A DNA stretch of 64,000 nt from a virus (taxonomy: Duplodnaviria > Caudoviricetes), in IMG/VR virus record IMGVR_UViG_3300048606_000120, positions 45,518 through 109,517 of that record; one strand, 5' to 3'. The notes beneath the pieces are model-generated. The model made no database searches. It saw nothing but the letters and a program-made list of their open reading frames with translations, and was not told where the DNA came from. Made by a program: the position numbers and the translations under genes. Positions 29,260 to 38,901 of the stretch are shown in pieces (within the stretch, counting starts at the first letter, position 1; every line of letters starts with the position of its first letter).

Positions 29260-30975
29260 ATGGCGAACAGGTTCCACACCTACTTCGGTCAGATCGTTAC
29301 GCCGTCTGAGCTGAATGAGATCTTCGAGTCGTTGTTTAGTGGAATTGACCAGTTCGTCCAAGACTTCGGCTTCAGTGGTGTAGCGGTCGGCGCGGTCGCG
29401 ACGCAGCACACGCCGCCGAACCTTACGGTCGACGTCAGTGGGCCTGCTGTCGTTTACGACCAGATGGCGAACCGCATGACGTTCGGCTCGCCGGTGGTGG
29501 TCAACTGCACTCTGGACGAGAACGGCAGCTCTACCTCGGTTGTTGGCGGCTCGAATCAGAAGTGGCTGTCGCTGTTCATCGAGTTCACGACGACGCCAAG
29601 CGATCCACGCACGGATGAGCTGGGCGCGACCGTCTACTACCGCAACGTCACTGGGTACCGGATCAACGTCGTGCAAGGCGCAGAGGCGCCGATCGGCACG
29701 CCGACGAGGCCTGCGCTGCGAGGCGACCAAATCTTGCTGGCTGACGTGCTGCTCGGGTTTTCGCCGGCCTCAATCGTGAACGCGGACATCTCGACGACTC
29801 GGACTCAGGTCATTTACGACTTGACCGGTTCGCCGAACTCCATCCGAGCTAGGAGCTTGGAAGACGTGTTGCAGTCGATGCTCGGCACGATCAACTCGTT
29901 CAGCGGAACGCTCGACACGGAAGCGTTCGACAGATCGACTGCCGACACTGCCTTGGGAGTTCTGATCTCCACGACGGCTGGATCCGTCCGCACAGACGAA
30001 GCAGTTCGAGCGGAGGTCAACGCTCTTTTGAACTTTCGAGTGGTGGACACTGGCGGCGGGCAGGTGATCAACGCCGCTGCGATGGACCTGGGCAACATCG
30101 TCGCTGTCGGTGCAGTTGGAACGATCATGTACTCGTTCGACGGCGGGCTCACGTGGAGTGCCAGCACTGCTGCCAACAGTCCGGCGAGCGGTGGTTCGAC
30201 GTACAACGGCACCTTTTACGACGTCCTCTGGGTTACCACGCTCGCAAAGTTCGTCGCTGTAGGATCGCTTGGGGAGATCCAAACGAGCCCGGACGGCGTC
30301 ACCTGGACTCACCAAGTGAGCGGCGACGCGACTGACTTACACGCGATCGCATTCAACGGCACCACGCTGTGCACGATTGGCAACTTGAGCGGCGCCGGCA
30401 AGTCGAAGGTTTCAACCAACGGCACTGCATGGTCGACTACGACTCAGGCATTTCAGTTTTCGCCGGCGCTCGCCGGGGGCTACAGCTCTGGCCTGTTCGT
30501 GGCGCACGAAGCTGTGAGCGCTAACATGAAGAGCAGTCCGGATGGAGTGACGTGGACAACCCGCACGCTAGATGGCGCTCCTGTCATGACAGCCGGAGCA
30601 GGAAGCATCGGCTGGAGCTACACACAAGGCTTCCTCGTGGTGGGCGCCGTGACGACGCCTCGCATCATGCAGCAGTCGCCGACCGGCACGGTGTGGACGT
30701 CGCTCCGCACGCCTGCGTCAACTGGCGCTACCAATCAGGTCCTTGTGACCGATCAAGCTGCTTATGCGCTGACGCAGCGTAAAACCACAGCTTGGGTGGC
30801 AGTCGCTGGCGTGTCGAGCGGTAGTAGGGACTTCACCTCGCTCGGGCCAAGCACGTCGAGCACTCCCAGCAACGGCAAGCCGTCGTTGCTCAGGTGCAGC
30901 TCGCGATCACAGATGGCGTTCTTGCCGACAGGTACCGCGGGCATCGTTGGTCTCTCGCAGGCATGGGCTGCGTAG
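29260..30975 (+). CDS. tail fibre protein with BNR/beta-propeller repeats
   Basis: YFGQIVTPSELN N-terminus; SxDGxTW repeats. Confidence 0.75.
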   Translation: MANRFHTYFGQIVTPSELNEIFESLFSGIDQFVQDFGFSGVAVGAVATQHTPPNLTVDVSGPAVVYDQMANRMTFGSPVVVNCTLDENGSSTSVVGGSNQKWLSLFIEFTTTPSDPRTDELGATVYYRNVTGYRINVVQGAEAPIGTPTRPALRGDQILLADVLLGFSPASIVNADISTTRTQVIYDLTGSPNSIRARSLEDVLQSMLGTINSFSGTLDTEAFDRSTADTALGVLISTTAGSVRTDEAVRAEVNALLNFRVVDTGGGQVINAAAMDLGNIVAVGAVGTIMYSFDGGLTWSASTAANSPASGGSTYNGTFYDVLWVTTLAKFVAVGSLGEIQTSPDGVTWTHQVSGDATDLHAIAFNGTTLCTIGNLSGAGKSKVSTNGTAWSTTTQAFQFSPALAGGYSSGLFVAHEAVSANMKSSPDGVTWTTRTLDGAPVMTAGAGSIGWSYTQGFLVVGAVTTPRIMQQSPTGTVWTSLRTPASTGATNQVLVTDQAAYALTQRKTTAWVAVAGVSSGSRDFTSLGPSTSSTPSNGKPSLLRCSSRSQMAFLPTGTAGIVGLSQAWAA

Positions 30976-30996
30976 TCCGATTTTTGAAAGGGCACC

Positions 30997-31368
30997 ATGA
31001 ACAGGTTTCTGAAGCAGTTGGCAGGAGCGACTGGGTTCCTCAAGACCACGATCGTCGGCGGCGATCACGTGCCGAGCGTGAGCGTCGACTTGCCGACGAG
31101 CTTCACTGTGTTCCAGGTCACTGTCGGCGTGACTGAAGTGCAGCTCACTGGGACCAGCACTCCCGTCAAAGCGGGCACGATCCTCAAGGCTGACCCTGCC
31201 AACACAGGCGTCATTTACGTGATCCTGCACAGCGGCACGACGAGCACAGGATTTCCGCTGTCTGCGGGCGACCCGCTGCCGGTGAACTTCGTCAACAACT
31301 TGAACGCGATCTATCTCATCGCGAGCGTGGCGAGCCAAAAGCTTGCGTGCATCGCTGGCCTGCCATGA
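30997..31368 (+). CDS. hypothetical virion protein
   Basis: LKADPANTGVIYV..GFPLSAGD motif. Confidence 0.65.
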   Translation: MNRFLKQLAGATGFLKTTIVGGDHVPSVSVDLPTSFTVFQVTVGVTEVQLTGTSTPVKAGTILKADPANTGVIYVILHSGTTSTGFPLSAGDPLPVNFVNNLNAIYLIASVASQKLACIAGLP

Positions 31369-32135
31369 GCTGGGGCGACGGCACAGACGAGCTCTTGCTC
31401 TGGCGCCGTAAGAAGACGAGCGTCTTGGCTGCTTCCGTGGTCGCGAGCAGCAAAGTCGCGCTCGATTTGATCTCGGACCTGGGCATCACGATCGCCACCG
31501 GCGTGTCGGCGTGGTCTGACCAGGGCCCTCGCGGTAACCACGTCGTGCAAGCCGCTACGGGCCAGCAGCCGCCGCTGGTGGCAGCTGTGCTCAATGGCCA
31601 TCCGGCTCTGCGTCCTGACCTCAGCGACGATAACCTCGAACGTGCGGGCACGTTCACGGGCATAACCGCAGCGCAGACGGTGTACGTATACACGATCTGC
31701 AACGATCGAGTTGGAACGGGAAACTATCGCGGCTGCCTCTACGACTTCAGCTTGGACGGCGGCGCGAATCATGGCCTGTCGCTCTTTCACTACGACACGA
31801 ACCTCTGGGGCAGGCACAGCAACGCATCGGGCGGCACGAACAACATGCTTGTCACAGACGCGACTGTCGGGCCTCGCCTGTACACCCAGCGAATCGACAC
31901 TGGCCAAATCGCGCTCGATATCAACAACACTCAAGTGTTCACGAGCGGCATCACTGACGGGATGCTGACTACGCCGACTTTCCTCAAGATCGGCAACATC
32001 TATGGCGGGGGCATCGGCAACGGCAACTTTGACATTTTCCGCATCATTGCTCTGTCCCCCAAGCCCACGGCACCCGAGCATGCAGCCATCCTCGCGATAT
32101 TGAAGTCGCAATACCCGAGCATCGCGATCGCGTGA
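31365..32135 (+). CDS. LamG/concanavalin-like virion protein
   Basis: VSAWSDQG..GNH..Q..P..LNGHP motif. Confidence 0.65.
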   Translation: MSWGDGTDELLLWRRKKTSVLAASVVASSKVALDLISDLGITIATGVSAWSDQGPRGNHVVQAATGQQPPLVAAVLNGHPALRPDLSDDNLERAGTFTGITAAQTVYVYTICNDRVGTGNYRGCLYDFSLDGGANHGLSLFHYDTNLWGRHSNASGGTNNMLVTDATVGPRLYTQRIDTGQIALDINNTQVFTSGITDGMLTTPTFLKIGNIYGGGIGNGNFDIFRIIALSPKPTAPEHAAILAILKSQYPSIAIA

Positions 32136-32593
32136 TGAGAGCACTGACCATCGCTTCCATGCTGAGCGCGATCGGCTGCGCTGGGTCGGCCTCGCTCGAC
32201 CGAGCCCAGATGGCTACTGACCTTACGCGCAGCTTGCTGACGCTCCTCGACGACACGTTCTCGCCGCTGTGGACCGCTGCGCTTGCGGCTGCGAACCGAG
32301 CCAATCCTGATGACGACGTCGCCTACCACGAGGCGATTGCGCCGCAGGAGCTGGTGTTCCACCTGATCGAGAAGGCTCGCCGACAGCATGCTGTGCTCAC
32401 GATCGCTGTTTCTCGCTGGGAGCAGACGGGCGACTCAAGTGCGTTTCAGCACGAGCTGCCTTGCGCGATCCGGACCTTCGACGAGCTCGCTCAAGCGCTT
32501 GCAGATGCTGACCTCGCCCAAGCGGTGCGAGCCGTGGACACAACGCTTCGAGACGTCATAGACGCTCCTGGCACGTGCACAGAGGCCCAATGA
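32132..32593 (+). CDS. lipoprotein (possible spanin component)
   Basis: MRALTIASMLSAIG-C lipobox, helical body. Confidence 0.6.
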   Translation: MMRALTIASMLSAIGCAGSASLDRAQMATDLTRSLLTLLDDTFSPLWTAALAAANRANPDDDVAYHEAIAPQELVFHLIEKARRQHAVLTIAVSRWEQTGDSSAFQHELPCAIRTFDELAQALADADLAQAVRAVDTTLRDVIDAPGTCTEAQ

Positions 32594-32784
32594 ACTGGGC
32601 CGCCATGCTCAAGCGAGTGCCTCGAGCGATCGGCGTGCTGCTCGGCGTCGACGTGCCTGTCGAGCCTGAGAAGCATGTGCAGGGCCCGCTGCCACCTTCG
32701 AAGGCTAGTCTGGCCTACGAGGAGATGCAGGCCAAGCGAGCCGCAGCGAAGAAGCCGGTTGACCCTGCAGGCGGCTCGCGATAG
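32590..32784 (+). CDS. small hypothetical protein
   Basis: ATGA-coupled. Confidence 0.5.
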   Translation: MNWAAMLKRVPRAIGVLLGVDVPVEPEKHVQGPLPPSKASLAYEEMQAKRAAAKKPVDPAGGSR

Positions 32785-32855
32785 CGTTTGCATTCGCTGA
32801 CACTTCCTGGGCGGACGAGACAAGCTGGGCGCCGGAGAGTTGGGTGGCACGAGAG

Positions 32856-33086
32856 CTAGGCTCTCCGGCGCTTCAGTTTCCACCGCGGTTGTTCTTCAGC
32901 AGCTCGAACAGTTCCATGGGCGTCATCAGACGCATCGTGCCTGCAGCGTCCAAGACCACCACGGCAGCGCCGCAGTGCTCGCAGATGCCGTAATCGCCAG
33001 ACCTTCGGCCGAGGAGCGCCGACCGGGCTGTCGCCGATCATGCGCTTGCAGCGCGGGCACGGGTTGGGTGGATGCCGCTCGGTCAT
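32856..33086 (-). CDS. small Cys-containing basic protein
   Basis: CPRC; coupled to upstream minus-strand gene. Confidence 0.45.
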   Translation of the reverse strand: MTERHPPNPCPRCKRMIGDSPVGAPRPKVWRLRHLRALRRCRGGLGRCRHDASDDAHGTVRAAEEQPRWKLKRRRA

Positions 33087-33355
33087 TGCGGTTCGCTAAG
33101 TGGCATCGGCACAGGACAATCGCCGCAGCAGCGCCGATAGATGTGCTTCTCGAGGATGTCGAAGCGCTCCATGGTCCGGCCCATGCTGTAGACGACTGCG
33201 CCGCAGAGAAAGCCGATCAGCAGGGCCAGGCCGAGGATCGTGAACTGAATGCTGCGCACGCGTCGGCGAAACCACGCCACGCCAATCATCGAGAGCGCCG
33301 CGGTCCAAGCGTCATCGTCATCATCATCATTTGAAAAAGAAGCCTTGCCTCTCAT
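33083..33355 (-). CDS. small membrane protein
   Basis: AAGGA RBS, poly-Asp, TM segment FTILGLALLIGFLCGAVV. Confidence 0.55.
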   Translation of the reverse strand: MRGKASFSNDDDDDDAWTAALSMIGVAWFRRRVRSIQFTILGLALLIGFLCGAVVYSMGRTMERFDILEKHIYRRCCGDCPVPMPLSEPQ

Positions 33356-33558
33356 CGCAGGTTCCTTTCGACGACCTCGAGCAGCATGTTCGCGGTCCGA
33401 GCGTTGACCACGTGGGGCTGCTGTGCGGCTCCAGGTCGGTCGTTTGATTTTCCCCGTGTGGAAGGAAGGGCCGATGTCTTCCGGGCAGCACGCGAGCGCC
33501 TCGCACGAGGACGGCGTGGTTTTGCACTGGCGACGCAAGTCGACTTTTTCTTGGGCAT
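33352..33558 (-). CDS. small basic protein
   Basis: MPKKKST...; ATGA coupling. Confidence 0.45.
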   Translation of the reverse strand: MPKKKSTCVASAKPRRPRARRSRAARKTSALPSTRGKSNDRPGAAQQPHVVNARTANMLLEVVERNLR

Positions 33559-33616
33559 GGCTCGGAACCCCACTTACCCCAGAATCGAGTGTGCGGTAAA
33601 GTCCGCTCAGTCGAAG

Positions 33617-33636
33617 TTGTAACCTCGAGGTTACAA
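33617..33636. promoter_or_regulatory. conserved palindrome copy 4
   Basis: 20-bp perfect palindrome between divergent operons, just downstream of a -10-like TAAAGT (33597). Confidence 0.85.
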
Positions 33637-33639
33637 GTT

Positions 33640-33831
33640 TTGAGCGATCGCCCCTGCAACCGCTTCCCGCTCATGCTGCTGATCGCGGTCTTCGTGCTCA
33701 GCGTCACGGTCTTGCTCCAGGCCGATCGCGTCATTCGGCTAACAGCCAGGGTCGACTCGCTCGAACAGGAAGCCGTCACGATCCGCAAGCGCGAGCTCGC
33801 CGTCGGAGCCGCGACCCAGAGCTGCTGGTGA
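33640..33831 (+). CDS. small membrane protein
   Basis: TM segment plus coiled coil; start uncertain. Confidence 0.45.
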   Translation: MSDRPCNRFPLMLLIAVFVLSVTVLLQADRVIRLTARVDSLEQEAVTIRKRELAVGAATQSCW

Positions 33832-34169
33832 AGGCGTTCACGCCCGTGATCATCGAGAGCCGCTACGCCGGCAACGTCGAGCGCAACCTGCGCTACCTGC
33901 GAGCCTGCATGCGCGACTGCCTCTTGCGGGGCGAAGCGCCGCTCGCAAGTCACGCGCTCTACACCCAGTCGGGCGTGCTCGACGACAGCGATCCGGTCGA
34001 GCGCGACATGGGCATCGCCGCCGGCTTCGCTTGGCGTCCACTCGCGACGCTGACGGTGTTCTACGTCGACCTTGGCTGGTCGAAGGGCATGCGGGAAGGA
34101 CTGCTCGACTGCGAGATCCGAAAGCTGCCCTGGGAGGAGCGCCTGCTCGGCGGCGTGTGGAAGAGTTGA
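33828..34169 (+). CDS. conserved phage protein (DUF4406 / nucleoside deoxyribosyltransferase-like fold)
   Basis: VIIES.YAG.VERN..Y..GEAP.ASH.LY..LDD..P.ER..GI..G..S.GM pattern. Confidence 0.7.
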   Translation: MKAFTPVIIESRYAGNVERNLRYLRACMRDCLLRGEAPLASHALYTQSGVLDDSDPVERDMGIAAGFAWRPLATLTVFYVDLGWSKGMREGLLDCEIRKLPWEERLLGGVWKS

Positions 34170-34470
34170 TCCCTCTTTTTCTCTCTTGAACGAGAGTGCA
34201 AGTCCAAGTGGATCTTCTCGGCTGAGCGAAAACGCCGCTGTCGGTTAACTCATGTTCCGAAGGAACATGAGTTGTAGATCGATCAACCCTGAATCTGCTT
34301 CGCTCGCTCCGCTGCGCTCTCGCTGATTCAGAAGATCAAAAACATTCCGGGTTAGGGACTCCCGAAGGGAGAACCGTTAACCCCCGGTGGGGGGTTATTA
34401 GGGGGGAGGGACGTCGGTTTGTAAAGCGCAAACTGACATGCCCGATCTCGATTTCTGCAAAACTAAAATC
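34170..34470. other. structured non-coding region, candidate replication origin or ncRNA
   Basis: No ORF; multiple inverted repeats (34247-34273, 34359-34371, 34378-34397). Confidence 0.5.
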
Positions 34471-34488
34471 TGTAACCTCGAGGTTACA
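34471..34488. promoter_or_regulatory. conserved palindrome copy 5
   Basis: 18-bp core immediately before MazG ORF. Confidence 0.85.
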
Positions 34489-34490
34489 AC

Positions 34491-35123
34491 TTGTCCCTCC
34501 TGAGCTCGACGACGAAGTCGGTGCTCATGAAAGACGACGACCAAATCGTAAGAGCAGAAAATGCGGCGTGGTGGGAAGAGGAAGCTCGGTTCCAGAAACT
34601 CGCGGCTCGATGCGAGAGCATCTCGCTCGCTCACGGTTTTGCGAAAACGACGTGGGAGAACCTGCCGGCCAACCTGATGTTCATCGTCACGGAGGTAGAC
34701 GAGGCCTTTCACGCCCCGACCCGCGATGCTTTTTACGAGGAGCTCGCAGACATCGCGATCCGGATCCTCGTGCATCTCCATGCGCTGTGGGGTCCATGCT
34801 GGAGCTTGCGCCGCGCGGCGAACACGGCTCGTGTCGAGTGGCCGTATCCGGGCCTGCTTTACCACCCGCACTTGGTGTCGGTTGATCCGACGGTTGGCTT
34901 GCGGCTGGTGATCAACCGCGTTTGTGAAGCCGCGAAGTCGTGGCGTCTGGGCCATGGCCAAGTGGTGCAGGCCGACGTGCGAGTCTGCCTCGAGCAAGCG
35001 CTTGCGCAGTGCTTGAGCGTTACCAAGATGTGCGGGATCGACGCGCAGCGGGAGATCGACGCGAAGTGCGCGAAGAACGAAGGGCGGCCCCATCTGCATG
35101 GACGGCTCGAGGTGATCGGGTGA
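34491..35123 (+). CDS. MazG-like nucleotide pyrophosphohydrolase
   Basis: LMFIVTEVDEA..EELADIAIRI; C-terminal K..KNEGRP..HG. Confidence 0.8.
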   Translation: MSLLSSTTKSVLMKDDDQIVRAENAAWWEEEARFQKLAARCESISLAHGFAKTTWENLPANLMFIVTEVDEAFHAPTRDAFYEELADIAIRILVHLHALWGPCWSLRRAANTARVEWPYPGLLYHPHLVSVDPTVGLRLVINRVCEAAKSWRLGHGQVVQADVRVCLEQALAQCLSVTKMCGIDAQREIDAKCAKNEGRPHLHGRLEVIG

Positions 35124-36592
35124 ACACCCTGAACCTCTTGGTCACTGTCGACAACCGCATCCGGCTACCAAGCGAGACTCCGACCGAGCTCGTGAAGCGC
35201 CTGAAAGAGGTGACCACTCACCCGAATCCCGAGTATGGAAAGGCTCGCGCGTTGGGCCGCTGGGTCGGCAGTGTTCCGACCGAGATCAAGACGTGGCGCA
35301 TGGACGTACGAAGCACTGCAGCCGGCAAGCAGTTTTCGTTTCCTCGAGGCGTCGCTGGCCTAGTGCGAAGTCATGCGGCGAGCCTCGGCATCGTGATCCG
35401 CTGGTCAGACAAGAGGACGAGCGTTCCTGTCGACTGGAAGCCGTTTCTTGTCGAGCCGAGGCCTTACCAAAGTGAAGGGATCGCAGCATGTGTGGAGCGT
35501 GAGCAGGGTATAGTGAAAGCTCCTACTGGGTCGGGAAAAACCTCGATGGCTCTTGGAGCGCTCCCGCAGCTCAAGCAGAGAGCGCTCGTGATCGTGCGCG
35601 ATCGCAACTTGCTTGAGCAGTGGCTCGAGCGTGCGGAGAGCGAGCTAGGGCTGAAGAAGCGCGAGGTGGGAGTGGTGTCGGGCGGAAAGCGACGCATCGG
35701 CGAGCGGCTAACGCTGTCGCTCCAGCAGACGCTGTACTCGAAGTCGTTCCCGCTCGAAGAGTTCGCCCAGCAGTTCGGCGCGGTGCTGGTTGACGAGGTG
35801 CACGAAGCGGCAGCTCGGACCGTCAGCGAGACCGTGGACGCGTTTCCAGCGCGAGTGCGGCTCGGCTTCTCTGCCGATCACCGCAGGCGCGATCGGAAGG
35901 AGTTCCTCAGCGAGGACTTGTTTGGCGACGTGATCTTCGAGGTGAGTAAGCAGCAGCTCGAGGCGGAGAAGCACGTGGTTCCGGTCGTGGTGCGTCTTGT
36001 GCCGACTGCGTTCGCGGCCGATTGGTACGCCGATGCTCCGACCGAAGAGCGAGACTTCATGAAGCTGATCAGCGAGATGTCGGCAGATGAAGAGCGAGGG
36101 TTGCTCTTGCGCCGCGTCGTGCTCGAACTTGTGTCGTCAGGTTGCGCTCCGGTGCTCGTCTTCACTCATCGGCGTGAGCACGCGTCGCGGCTTGCTGAGC
36201 GCGAGCTGCCAGCCGATGGGGTGCCGACAGGACTGTTGCTTGGCAGTGCTGGCAGCGCCGTGCAGTTCGAGGAGAGCAAGTCGCTGCTGCTGAAGGGCGT
36301 GCTCAAGGTCGCAGTCGGCACGTTCAAGGCAGTTGGTCAGGGGATCGATTTACCGAACGTGATGGCGGGGGTTTGCGCGACTCCGATCGGCGCGAACAAG
36401 CAGTTTTTCGGCCAAGTCCGCGGGCGAGTGTGTCGAGTGTGGCCCGGCAAGCAGGTTGGCTATCTCTACTATCTTTGGGATGAGCAGGTCTTTCCGGACG
36501 CAGGACGAAACCTGTTGAACTGGAACGATGGGCTCGTCGAGATTTTCGATCGGGCGAACAAGCAGTGGATGACGTTTCGAGGGTCTCCCTAA
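35120..36592 (+). CDS. SF2 DExH helicase
   Basis: RPYQ, APTGSGKT, DEVH, SAD, GIDLP, QVRGRVCR. Confidence 0.92.
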   Translation: MNTLNLLVTVDNRIRLPSETPTELVKRLKEVTTHPNPEYGKARALGRWVGSVPTEIKTWRMDVRSTAAGKQFSFPRGVAGLVRSHAASLGIVIRWSDKRTSVPVDWKPFLVEPRPYQSEGIAACVEREQGIVKAPTGSGKTSMALGALPQLKQRALVIVRDRNLLEQWLERAESELGLKKREVGVVSGGKRRIGERLTLSLQQTLYSKSFPLEEFAQQFGAVLVDEVHEAAARTVSETVDAFPARVRLGFSADHRRRDRKEFLSEDLFGDVIFEVSKQQLEAEKHVVPVVVRLVPTAFAADWYADAPTEERDFMKLISEMSADEERGLLLRRVVLELVSSGCAPVLVFTHRREHASRLAERELPADGVPTGLLLGSAGSAVQFEESKSLLLKGVLKVAVGTFKAVGQGIDLPNVMAGVCATPIGANKQFFGQVRGRVCRVWPGKQVGYLYYLWDEQVFPDAGRNLLNWNDGLVEIFDRANKQWMTFRGSP

Positions 36593-36613
36593 ACAGAACA
36601 CACGAGGTGCGAT

Positions 36614-36979
36614 GTGAGCACTGACGATGACTTCGAAGCTCGTGATGGCGACGTGTTGGTGGTTTCGTATCCTGAGGTGAAGATCCCGCTCGCTACGAAG
36701 TACAGCACTGTCACGATCGGCGGGCTGATCTACACGCGGCAGTTGCGCAGCAAGGACAGCCCGACCGAGGAATACCAGCGGGTCTACGCGTTCTTGAGGC
36801 ACATGGCAGAGGCTGACGCTCGCGCGAAGGTGCAGCAGTGGACCGAGGAGCTTGCGGCAAAGCGACCGCCACCGCTGCCGACGGCTCCGAAGCCGGTGGG
36901 TGAAGTTGTAACCTCGAGGTTACAACCCAGCGCAGCAGCTCCTGGCGGCGTCGTGCGGCCGAAGCCGGTGAGTCGGTGA
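36614..36979 (+). CDS. hypothetical protein
   Basis: GAGG RBS; contains palindrome copy 6 in frame (EVVTSRLQP). Confidence 0.65.
   Translation: MSTDDDFEARDGDVLVVSYPEVKIPLATKYSTVTIGGLIYTRQLRSKDSPTEEYQRVYAFLRHMAEADARAKVQQWTEELAAKRPPPLPTAPKPVGEVVTSRLQPSAAAPGGVVRPKPVSR
36905..36926. promoter_or_regulatory. conserved palindrome copy 6 (intragenic)
   Basis: Perfect 22-bp copy within Pro-rich tail, about 50 bp upstream of next gene. Confidence 0.85.
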
Positions 36980-37437
36980 CGATGCGCATCACCGACTTCG
37001 TGAATAGCTTCGACAAGCCCACAGGGCCGCGCTTGCGAATGAAGCGCGCCAAGCCGATGACGCTAGTCGAGATTGCGATCGACGATGCCAGGCGGCGCGC
37101 TGCAAGTGGTGAGTGGGCAGGCGCGAAAGGAGCGGTTCTTGTCGGTCTGTACGCGATGTGCCATCGCATGGTGTACGGCATCATCCCGAGTGAGTTGTTC
37201 GAGGTGCCGACGTTTCGTGCGGCTGCGAAGATGGCGGCCAAGGCTATGCACGAGCTATTCGGAGACGATCCGGCCGAGGTCGCCGCGTTCGTGAAGTGGT
37301 CGTGGCAGGTCGAGAAGCGCAAGAACGAGTGGGCTCAAACGAAGTCGGTCGACCGCAAACATCTGGGTTGGCGAGCGCAGTTCTGTAGGTCGCTGGAGAC
37401 CGATTACCGCATCTGGCAGAAGCAAGGGCGCCGCTGA
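36976..37437 (+). CDS. hypothetical protein upstream of DnaB (possible initiator or loader)
   Basis: 153-aa coupled ORF; function from position only. Confidence 0.6.
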   Translation: MTMRITDFVNSFDKPTGPRLRMKRAKPMTLVEIAIDDARRRAASGEWAGAKGAVLVGLYAMCHRMVYGIIPSELFEVPTFRAAAKMAAKAMHELFGDDPAEVAAFVKWSWQVEKRKNEWAQTKSVDRKHLGWRAQFCRSLETDYRIWQKQGRR

Positions 37438-37440
37438 GCT

Positions 37441-38901
37441 GTGGCGGTCTCGAAAGAGTTCGTCTACGACTCGTCCAACGAAGCACTAGTTTTGCGAGCG
37501 GCGATTGCGCTCGCGCGTGAGTCAGATCGCACGCAGTTCCGGGCGCTCGTGCATTCCATCGGAGAGGACGAGTTCCTCGTGGCTCAGCACTCTTCGCTGT
37601 GGCGTGTGCTGCGTCGCACCGCGGACGGGGGGCTCGAGTACACGACGGAGACCGTGCTGCAGCTGATGGCGGCAGAGCCATCAGAGGTCGACGTCAACTA
37701 TTTGGCTGAGCTCGAGAGGGCTGCAGTCTTGCCAGCGAACCTAGACTGGCACGTGCAAACGCTTCGTTGGGACGCGACGCGGGCACGAGTAGTGAAGAAC
37801 GGGTTGCCCGAGCTAGTTCGCGACTTGAGCGATCCGCGAGTGACAGTTGACCGTGCAGTCACGTCGGCTCGCTCTATTGTTCGAGCGCTCGAAGGCGGCG
37901 GCGGGCGTAAGTTCATTCATCGGCGAGAAGAGCTTGCTGCTGTTTATCGAACCGAGCTCGCTAAGCGGCGCGACCAAGGCAACTTCTACCCGTGTGGGTT
38001 TGAGCATGTTGATGGGCTGATGTCAGAAGGATTCAAGCCAGGCAATACGGCGATCATCACGGGCTTGTCAGGCAGCGGGAAGAGCACGTTTGCAGCGCGG
38101 CTCGCGATCAACCTAGCTCGTCTGGGAAGGCGGCCGATGATCTGTGCGTGGGAGATGGGCGGCACGTCCACGCTTGACGTCATTGTTTCGATGCTCACCG
38201 GCATCTCGCTCGACATCGTCATCAAGGGCACTTACAACGACCTCGACTGCAGGCGGCTGGAGCGCGCGAGCGATTGGGCGAACAAGAAGATCCTGTTCAT
38301 GGAGAACGCGTTCTTCGGTCAGCTCGCGAGCAGTGGTGGCGGCAGCAGCAGCAGTGACAGAAAGCAGAGGCGATCGAACGATCGCAACCTCGACATCTTA
38401 GAGGGCTACATCGCCGAAAGCGGCTGCGACGAGATCATTATGGACCTGTGGGATCGCATCCTCGCTGATCAGAATCCCGACGCGGTCACCGACGCCTTGT
38501 ATCGTCAGCAGAACATGCATCGGGAATACGGCGTACATGGGACGTTGCTCGTCCAGCTGCGGCTGAAAGACGTCGAGCGGCGCGCCGATAAGCGACCGAC
38601 TCGCGAGTCGATCAAAGGCGTCGGCACGTTCGTCGAGGTGGCCGATTTGATCTTCGGCGTGCACCGCGACGCGCAGTTCAAGGACGTTCCCGATAACACG
38701 ATCGAGCTCATCTGCTTGAAGCAGCGCAAAGGCCGGTCGAACTGGGCGGTTCGGTTCGGGTGGTGCGGTGAGATCTGCGAGATCAGCGGCGGCGAAGAAG
38801 TGCCCTACAACCCCGGGCTCGAGGCGACTGGAGACTACGGCGACATCGCAGATCCCTCTGCGATCCGTACGAGCCCGCGGAAGATGAATCGTCGCGATTG
38901 A
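37441..38901 (+). CDS. dnaB: DnaB-like replicative helicase
   Basis: GLSGSGKS, WEM, LVQL, KRPT..IKG.G..EVADLIFGVHR, KQR. Confidence 0.9.
   Translation: MAVSKEFVYDSSNEALVLRAAIALARESDRTQFRALVHSIGEDEFLVAQHSSLWRVLRRTADGGLEYTTETVLQLMAAEPSEVDVNYLAELERAAVLPANLDWHVQTLRWDATRARVVKNGLPELVRDLSDPRVTVDRAVTSARSIVRALEGGGGRKFIHRREELAAVYRTELAKRRDQGNFYPCGFEHVDGLMSEGFKPGNTAIITGLSGSGKSTFAARLAINLARLGRRPMICAWEMGGTSTLDVIVSMLTGISLDIVIKGTYNDLDCRRLERASDWANKKILFMENAFFGQLASSGGGSSSSDRKQRRSNDRNLDILEGYIAESGCDEIIMDLWDRILADQNPDAVTDALYRQQNMHREYGVHGTLLVQLRLKDVERRADKRPTRESIKGVGTFVEVADLIFGVHRDAQFKDVPDNTIELICLKQRKGRSNWAVRFGWCGEICEISGGEEVPYNPGLEATGDYGDIADPSAIRTSPRKMNRRD

Noticed and set aside
4863-30975. Stand-alone extracellular contractile injection system or tailocin
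   Set aside because: Head-tail neck genes and a full replication module are contiguous, which indicates a phage
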